A DNA stretch of 64,000 bases from the NCBI GenBank assembly GCA_016183325.1, contig JACPEV010000003.1, forward strand, positions 18,000 through 81,999, in the 5' to 3' direction. The position numbers and the translations under genes are program-made. This DNA is from Candidatus Curtissbacteria bacterium (GTDB lineage: Bacteria > Patescibacteriota > Microgenomatia > Curtissbacterales > GWA2-41-24). Every line of letters starts with the position of its first letter. Position 1 is the first letter of the stretch. The notes under the pieces were generated by a model. That model worked only from the letters and a program-made list of their open reading frames with translations, was not told where the DNA came from and searched no databases. Of this stretch, positions 57,686-64,000 are shown one piece after another.

Positions 57686-58681
57686 TTATTTTGATTTCAG
57701 GGACTTTGTGGTTTTGGCTTCTATATTCTGTACGGTTGATATTCGAGAGGATAAGCGGGAAAAGCGGGAGTTTACGTCGTCAGTTGAGGCGGCGGCGTTT
57801 TTGATGTGTTTGGTAAGAACTGAGAGCGATCCACCGAATTTTTCGGTTTCGTCGCCGATCTCTCTTAAGGCGGCCAGTATCTGGCCGGCGCTTTTTTCGA
57901 TTTTTGAGCCTTCAAGAGACATAATTATGGCGCGAAGATAGGCGTAGAGTGTGTTAGGTGAAACCGGACGGACACGTTTTCGGTAGGCATATTCATCCAG
58001 TTGGGGGCTATTGGTCAGAATTTCGTAGTAGATTGGTTCCGAGGGAATATACATGAGGGCAAAGTCGAGTGTGCCTTCTTGAGGACGGATGTATTTAGTG
58101 GAGATTGCATCGATGTGTTTTTTGATGTCGGCAATAAATGACTTTCGATAAAGATCCCGATCCTTTTCGCCTTCGGCTTTGGCCATTTTTCTGAAATTTT
58201 CCATGGGAAATTTGGCATCAATCGGGATTATCCCCTGTTCAAGTTTTAAGGCGGCATCGACAATTTCGCCGGATTTAAAAGCATATTGCAGATGGAAATT
58301 TTGCTTAGGCAAAGTTTGGCCAAGTAAATCTTTTAAGATGGACTCGCCTATTTGACCGCGAAGCTTTGGCGAGCGCAAGAATTCTTGCAAATCTTTCATA
58401 CTTCTGCCAAGTTCGGTCATTTCACCGACGGATTTTGAAACTCCGGAGATAACCTGGGCGGCACGATCCAGTCTTTCGTTGATGGCGCGTGTCTGGCGGA
58501 CCATCGAATCGGTCGTCTTATCCATTGATCCGCGCATATCGGAAACTAACTGGGTTAAAAGTTTTGTGGTTTCGTCAGAGTTTTTATTTTCGGTTAATTT
58601 TTTAATTTGCAAATAGAGAATGGCGAAGGCGGCGATGACTATCAGGGTGCCGACGACAAATAATGCTGTTTGAGAATCCAT
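57686..58681 (-). CDS. rmuC: DNA recombination protein RmuC
   Basis: RGQIGE..L, IPIDAKFP, DFALMYIPSE, VSPNTL. Confidence 0.93.
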   Translation of the reverse strand: MDSQTALFVVGTLIVIAAFAILYLQIKKLTENKNSDETTKLLTQLVSDMRGSMDKTTDSMVRQTRAINERLDRAAQVISGVSKSVGEMTELGRSMKDLQEFLRSPKLRGQIGESILKDLLGQTLPKQNFHLQYAFKSGEIVDAALKLEQGIIPIDAKFPMENFRKMAKAEGEKDRDLYRKSFIADIKKHIDAISTKYIRPQEGTLDFALMYIPSEPIYYEILTNSPQLDEYAYRKRVRPVSPNTLYAYLRAIIMSLEGSKIEKSAGQILAALREIGDETEKFGGSLSVLTKHIKNAAASTDDVNSRFSRLSSRISTVQNIEAKTTKSLKSK

Positions 58682-58711
58682 CCTGATGATTTTAGCAGAT
58701 ATATGAAATCT

Positions 58712-58908
58712 TTATTGTTCGAGCGTAGTCGACCCTTCGATTTTACTCAGGGTCGACACTGAGTTTATATCAGCAGGTCAATTTGAAACTTCGTTTCAAT
58801 ATTGCTCCTCTGATATATCAGATTCGCCGAAGGCGAAGGTTGATATCGAATGTGTCGAGAACTTACCTTAAGGAAACTTCTCGACTCGCTCCGCTCGCTC
58901 GAAGAGTA
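58712..58908 (+). repeat. MITE-like element with two nested insertions at GTCGA
   Basis: TTATTGTTCGA...GTCGA[..]GTCGA[..]GTCGA-GAACT...ACTTCTC...TCGAAGAGTA. Confidence 0.75.
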
Positions 58909-58921
58909 TTAATATTAAAGT

Positions 58922-59293
58922 ATGGTTCGGCTTTTACCTTTCTCGTTTTTACTGCTGTTTGCTTCACTTTTCGGTCTGGCGTGGATAGTTGTGGAAGTGG
59001 ATCCGGATTCGACTGAATGGTATATTTTTGCGCTTTTTATTATTCTACTTTTTCTTTCTTTATTTAATTTTCTGGGACTAGTGCTTTATTTTGCCAGAAC
59101 AAGATTTTACAGAAGGTACAGCGCCAACTGGTATTTTAAGACTTCCTATAAAATGGCTTTTTTTTTCGCATTCTTTTTAGCAATTGTGGCGACTTTGGCA
59201 CTTTTTTCGCAAATTAATACTTTTAATGTGACTTTGGCGATATTGGCAGTTTCGCTGTTTGCATTCTGGAGTTATTTGGGAAAGAGAGGTTAG
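58922..59293 (+). CDS. Hypothetical 4-TM membrane protein
   Basis: Hydrophobic 123-aa ORF. Confidence 0.7.
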   Translation: MVRLLPFSFLLLFASLFGLAWIVVEVDPDSTEWYIFALFIILLFLSLFNFLGLVLYFARTRFYRRYSANWYFKTSYKMAFFFAFFLAIVATLALFSQINTFNVTLAILAVSLFAFWSYLGKRG

Positions 59294-60408
59294 AGGTACT
59301 GGTAGTGTTTTTTAATTCTCGTATTCCAATAAAGAGCAATTGGAAAAAGTAATAGAACAGATCCCAAAACCAAAAAAATTATCTGGGGAGATTTTTCCAG
59401 CGAGAAACTGATGAAGGCTATCAGTATCCCCAGAGTTCTTCCAGACGATAAAAAAACTTCGCGGCCGGGCATGGCAAGTTTTAAGTCTTGGTGGGTGTCA
59501 ACGACCATGGCAATCGTTAGATTCCAAAAAATGGGTAGAAGGAAACTGATTGCGCCGGTAAGGATAATCCATAGGTTGAGACTTTCGGTGGCAAATGGAA
59601 ATAAATAAGTAACGACTGCCATTATGACTGTTACCGGATAGAGAAAAACAGCTCTCTTTTGAATTTTGTCGGTAAATTTCCCTAAGATAAAACTCGAGAT
59701 TGCCCCCAAAAGTGCAAGATACGACGCAAATATACCGTAATTTAAGGGAGTGTTGATAAAAAATAGAGTATAAACTGGAATAACCGCAAAGACCATGGCT
59801 TCCCAAATACCTTCAAGAAAAACGTAAATTCTGGTTGCGGCGACATAACTTAGAGCTTTTTTGATTGAATATTCATAACTAAAATCTTTTTGTAAAAAAG
59901 TGAGGTAATAACAAAAAATAAAAACAATGCCGGAGACAAGCCAAACTAAGGAAAATTTTATTTGGGCTAAAATGCCCGCAGCAAACGGAGCAATAATGCT
60001 TATGATTGGGCCAAAGGCGACCATGACAGCTGTGCTTTCTCCTCGTCTGTTTTGAGGAGTGTAATCAAAATGGATAACGTTGTAAACAATAAAAAATAAA
60101 AATATTGAGATACCGTTGGCAATCATCGCCAAATAAAATTGGAGATGGTTTTCTAATCTGACAACTAAAAGGATAAAGATTAGCCAAGCGATAAGAGAGA
60201 ACCGCCAAGCAATTAGCAGTGAAGGTTTTTTGAAAATAAAGAGGCAAATTAATTGTGCCAAAAAAATAATTCCACCTGAAGCGACGATTTCTTTAAATGA
60301 AAAACCTTCTTTTAAGAAGTATGTTGGTAATAAAGACCGGCTAAAAGTGACGAAGAAAATGTAGGAAAAATAGAATAGGAGAAGTGCTCTGAATTCCCTA
60401 ACGTACAT
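59290..60408 (-). CDS. MFS transporter
   Basis: About 12 TM helices; GKFTDKIQKR motif A-like loop. Confidence 0.8.
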   Translation of the reverse strand: MYVREFRALLLFYFSYIFFVTFSRSLLPTYFLKEGFSFKEIVASGGIIFLAQLICLFIFKKPSLLIAWRFSLIAWLIFILLVVRLENHLQFYLAMIANGISIFLFFIVYNVIHFDYTPQNRRGESTAVMVAFGPIISIIAPFAAGILAQIKFSLVWLVSGIVFIFCYYLTFLQKDFSYEYSIKKALSYVAATRIYVFLEGIWEAMVFAVIPVYTLFFINTPLNYGIFASYLALLGAISSFILGKFTDKIQKRAVFLYPVTVIMAVVTYLFPFATESLNLWIILTGAISFLLPIFWNLTIAMVVDTHQDLKLAMPGREVFLSSGRTLGILIAFISFSLEKSPQIIFLVLGSVLLLFPIALYWNTRIKKHYQYL

Positions 60409-60460
60409 GACAAAAGAATCAAAGCATCAAAGTGTCAAGGAATCAAGGGGAGAGAAGAGC

Positions 60461-60634
60461 TTGTTGAAAACCTCTTAGCCTCGCAACAATCAGAAAAGGC
60501 TATTAAGACAAGCCATCAGTTTGTCATTCTGGCCCTAAGGTCCGGGTCTAGGACTTGTCCAGAATCCTTACTAGAATCAGATTCTGGAGTCGCTTCGCTC
60601 CCCAGAATGACAGTTTGACTTAGGTTTTCAACAA
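60461..60634. repeat. GTCATTCTG...CAGAATGAC palindromic element within outer TTGTTGAAAACCT inverted repeats
   Basis: Inner element 60522-60612; outer IR 60461-60473 / 60622-60634. Confidence 0.8.
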
Positions 60635-60636
60635 AC

Positions 60637-61101
60637 TTAAGGGGAGAGAATTATAATTCCCTCTCTCCAGCCGCCGGGGTCTTTGATAATAGAGTCGTCT
60701 TTTGTATAGAGATGAGATGTGATGGCAATGGCTTTGTTTTTGAAACTGGCGGGAGGCGCCCATTCGATTTCAAAAGGGACTAAGTTGTCTTCACCGATAA
60801 CTTCCCAACGGTTGTCAACGTAAGTCTTAGCCCAGAAAACAACTTTGGTGATTTTTGAGGTATCAGTGGCCGCCAGTTTAATTTTTAGGTTGTTGCTTCT
60901 TACGATTTCGCCTGATTGGGGAGAAATAATTTGACCATCGACAATATTCTCTTTAGGCAAGTTTTGATTAACAAGCGGCCTGACGATTAAAAAAACGATT
61001 ATTAAGAAAAAAATGATAAGTGCGACTATCCCAAACGGATTTATTGGCCAGCCGGCTTCGCCTTTTTCGATTGGCCCGCGCTTTTCAGAAATTTCTGCCA
61101 T
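60637..61101 (-). CDS. Membrane-anchored Ig-like domain protein
   Basis: TM helix followed by IISPQSGE..V.F..W..IGED..PF...W. Confidence 0.7.
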   Translation of the reverse strand: MAEISEKRGPIEKGEAGWPINPFGIVALIIFFLIIVFLIVRPLVNQNLPKENIVDGQIISPQSGEIVRSNNLKIKLAATDTSKITKVVFWAKTYVDNRWEVIGEDNLVPFEIEWAPPASFKNKAIAITSHLYTKDDSIIKDPGGWREGIIILSP

Positions 61102-61172
61102 ATTTTGCAGTGTAGTGCCCATTTGACTGGGTGTCAAATGATTTTTTTTGAGATAGAATACTTACACTCAGT

Positions 61173-63506
61173 ATGGCTTTTTTGCAAAAAATTGCCACTT
61201 TGATTTTTTCGGCGGTTATTGGTTTTTTGACCTGGTTTATCAGGTTAATCACTTTCATTGGTGACGTTTCCGTTTGGATTGTTAAAGCATTTTTGACAGG
61301 CTATGCTCGACTCTTAAAAAAACTAAATTGGGATGTGCGCAAAAAAGCACCGGTTCTGGCCAAAAAAGTTGAGAGACTTGTCCACCACCCTATCATTCAC
61401 GAAGAGAGAAGCTTTAAAGTTGGACTTTTGACAATTGCAGTCGTGATTTTTTCGATCTGGTATTTTACGCGCGATTTACCAAATCCTAAGTTGCTGGAGA
61501 CCAGACAAGTTGCCCAAACAACCAAGATTTTCGCCAGGAATGGCAAACTACTGTTCAATATCTATACAGACCAAAACCGGACGATTGTACCGCTGTCTGA
61601 GATTCCAGAAAATTTAAGGAAGGCCACTATTGCTATTGAGGACAAAGATTTTTACAGGCATCGGGGTTTTGACATTTTCGGCATTATCAGAGCTACCAGA
61701 AATACGCTATTTGAGGGCAACGTGCAAGGTGGTTCAACGATCACCCAGCAGCTTGTCAAAAGTGTTTTCCTTTCCCCTGAGCGAACTTTGTCCCGCAAAA
61801 TTAAAGAGCTGTACTTGGCCTTTAGGGTGGAAATGGCTTTTGCAAAAGATAGGATTTTGGAAATTTACTTAAATCAGGTGCCTTATGGCGGTACCGCGTG
61901 GGGCGTGTCTGCTGCGGCAGAACAGTATTTTGGCAAGAATGTGCATGATCTGACTTTGGGAGAAGCGGCATTTTTGGCTGGCTTGCCGGCAGCGCCCAGT
62001 TTCTATTCCCCATTCGGACAAGACCCTCAACGGTCGCGAGACAGGCAAAAACAAGTTTTGAGAAGAATGGTCGAGGACAGAATGATATCCAAAGAAGACG
62101 CAGAAAAAGCTGGTAAGGAAGAGTTAAAAATTAAACCTCAGATAAATGACATTCGTGCCCCCCATTTTGTAATGTTTGTACGGGAATACTTAGCCGAAAA
62201 GTACGGAGAAACGGTAGCGGCCCAAGGCGGTCTGAAGGTGACAACAACACTGGATCTTGATATTCAGGAGATGACCCAAAAACAAGTTGCTGAAAACGTG
62301 GAGAAAATTAAGAATTTGCGGGTTTCCAACGGAGCAGCGTTGGTAACCAAACCTGAAACCGGTGAGATTTTGGCGATGGTTGGTTCAAAAGACTTTTTTG
62401 ATCAATCGATCGATGGCAATGTCAACGTGACCATTGCACTTAGGCAACCAGGCTCATCGATAAAACCGATAAATTATGCGACTGCGCTATATCGCAGACT
62501 GATCACAGCGGCCACGGTTCTGATGGATGTGCCGACAACTTTTTCAGCCCAGCCTAAACCTTATAAACCGGTAAATTACGACGGCAAATTTCATGGACCG
62601 GTGCAAGTTAGATATGCACTGGCTAATTCTTACAATATTCCGGCGGTCAAGGTTTTGGCGATTAATGAGGTAGTTGAAATGATAAAAATGGCCAGGGAAA
62701 TGGGAATAACAACTTTTGAGGACGAGTCGCGCTACGGACTTTCTTTAACTTTGGGCGGTGGTGAGGTGAAAATGACTGAAATGGCGCAAGCTTTTGGAGT
62801 TTTTGCCAATGAAGGGACAAGGGTTTATTTGACATCAATATTAAAAGTTGAGGATCCAGATGGCAGAATCTTGGAAGAATTTAAGCCAAAGACCGGAAGG
62901 CGAGTTTTGCCGCCTGAGGTAACATTTCTGATTTCTTCGATACTTTCGGATAACGGCGCAAGATCGGCAGCTTTTGGATCTTCAAGTTTTCTTAACATCC
63001 CAGGAAAGACAGTGGCGGTTAAAACAGGAACAACTGATGATAAACGCGATAACTGGACGATTGGTTATACGCCAAGTTTTCTGGTTGTAACGTGGGTTGG
63101 CAATAATGATAATACGCCGATGCATCCTTATCTTTCCTCCGGAATTACAGGTGCGGCGCCAATTTGGAACGGGATCATGAAGGAAATTTTGAAAGATAAG
63201 GTGGATGAGAAATTTAAGATTCCTTCAGGGGTAAACGGTATTGAAATATGTTCTGTGACCGGCGGTAAGAAAGTTGACGGATGCCCGAGTCGTTTTGAAT
63301 ATTTTATCGCCGGCACGGAACCGAAAGAGGATACGTTCAAAAAAGCCAAGGTTTGGATAGATGTAACCACAGGTAAGATCGTCGAGGCGGGATCACCTAA
63401 CGCGGTAGAAAAAGAAGAAATTATTATTTCCGATCCTTATGAAAAGCGGCAATTTTGTGTAACCTGTCCGATTTCGACTGAACCTTCGCCGACACCGTCA
63501 CCGTGA
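61173..63506 (+). CDS. Class A penicillin-binding protein (PBP1A family)
   Basis: EDKDFY.H.G, GGSTITQQLVK, RQPGSSIKP, SYN, KTGT. Confidence 0.96.
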   Translation: MAFLQKIATLIFSAVIGFLTWFIRLITFIGDVSVWIVKAFLTGYARLLKKLNWDVRKKAPVLAKKVERLVHHPIIHEERSFKVGLLTIAVVIFSIWYFTRDLPNPKLLETRQVAQTTKIFARNGKLLFNIYTDQNRTIVPLSEIPENLRKATIAIEDKDFYRHRGFDIFGIIRATRNTLFEGNVQGGSTITQQLVKSVFLSPERTLSRKIKELYLAFRVEMAFAKDRILEIYLNQVPYGGTAWGVSAAAEQYFGKNVHDLTLGEAAFLAGLPAAPSFYSPFGQDPQRSRDRQKQVLRRMVEDRMISKEDAEKAGKEELKIKPQINDIRAPHFVMFVREYLAEKYGETVAAQGGLKVTTTLDLDIQEMTQKQVAENVEKIKNLRVSNGAALVTKPETGEILAMVGSKDFFDQSIDGNVNVTIALRQPGSSIKPINYATALYRRLITAATVLMDVPTTFSAQPKPYKPVNYDGKFHGPVQVRYALANSYNIPAVKVLAINEVVEMIKMAREMGITTFEDESRYGLSLTLGGGEVKMTEMAQAFGVFANEGTRVYLTSILKVEDPDGRILEEFKPKTGRRVLPPEVTFLISSILSDNGARSAAFGSSSFLNIPGKTVAVKTGTTDDKRDNWTIGYTPSFLVVTWVGNNDNTPMHPYLSSGITGAAPIWNGIMKEILKDKVDEKFKIPSGVNGIEICSVTGGKKVDGCPSRFEYFIAGTEPKEDTFKKAKVWIDVTTGKIVEAGSPNAVEKEEIIISDPYEKRQFCVTCPISTEPSPTPSP

Positions 63507-63576
63507 AGCATGAATTATGAAGTTAGAATTATGGGAGATTGTTCAATCCATAATTCATGATTCTTAATTCATAATT

Positions 63577-63999
63577 CTAGTCCAAAAACTGAAAGGTGGA
63601 GAGGATTTGGTCAAAAATTTTTGTATCTTCAAGTATTGCTTTAGAAGTAAACCCTATCATAAAAATTTTTTGATATTTAGGGATGTATACGTTTTGAAAA
63701 GGTACTGTTTCACCAAATCCTTCTGATGAAGTTTTTGCAGGATAAGATGTTTTAAAAGCGGAATATCCATCAACTTTTAAATTTGATTGAGTTGGGATTT
63801 CGATGTAACCATCAGGATTTCTCTCAATGAAATCCTTATACCATTCATTTGGCGGCAATTCTTTAGGATTATTCAAAACACCTGTACTAAGAGAAAAGTC
63901 CGACTGATAATCAAAAAAGATTATTGATTCTGCTACGTCTTCATTTATTAAATTTTCATCGCTTACATTGAAATTACCTGGATATTTGATTTGATAAGG
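63577..63999 (-). CDS. PsbP-like surface protein, 3' part (runs off the window edge)
   Basis: Frame open to the edge (PYQIKYPGNF...), ends FDQILSTFQFLD*. Confidence 0.75.
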   Translation of the reverse strand, partial: PYQIKYPGNFNVSDENLINEDVAESIIFFDYQSDFSLSTGVLNNPKELPPNEWYKDFIERNPDGYIEIPTQSNLKVDGYSAFKTSYPAKTSSEGFGETVPFQNVYIPKYQKIFMIGFTSKAILEDTKIFDQILSTFQFLD

Positions 64000-64000
64000 G

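Noticed and set aside
3018-63370. Numerous short antisense or alternate-frame ORFs (e.g. 18704-19318, 18399-18794, 11318-11644, 57125-57499)
   Set aside because: Shadows of well-supported genes, with no recognisable motifs

Overview
AT-rich (about 38-40% GC by eye) bacterial chromosome segment using the standard code. It is most likely Patescibacteria/CPR, Microgenomates-like (inferred from the short IF-2, leaderless-type promoters and pilin-leader/'FDQILSTF' surface proteins). The housekeeping backbone is rodZ-ftsK-Lon-like AAA, pnp, rpsO, infB, nusA, hrcA-grpE-dnaK-dnaJ with CIRCE, lepA, murJ, rpsT, LCP, tpiA, trxA, uvrD/pcrA, FemABX, an intein-containing UvrD/AdnB-like helicase-nuclease, rmuC and a class A PBP. 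It is interleaved with 8 type II TA pairs, an IS1595 and many palindromic repeats. Main unexplained signals: (1) five genes (rpsO, lepA, an MTase, the helicase-nuclease, rmuC) have an orphan, synonymously recoded copy of their own 3' tail downstream, often beyond inserted cargo; (2) two 67-nt 'empty' versions of a variable surface-protein gene (MRRGFAPILI head fused to FNQILSTFQF tail) alternate with TA modules and 'filled' genes; (3) an integrase-less cassette-like array after lepA is punctuated by five 28-bp 11-6-11 palindromes; (4) a small GIY-YIG gene is bounded by the same ends as a MITE-like family, and several palindrome families sit in frame inside essential proteins; (5) an intergenic structured RNA carries group-I-like core motifs but has no host gene. 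All calls were made by eye; no searches were run.
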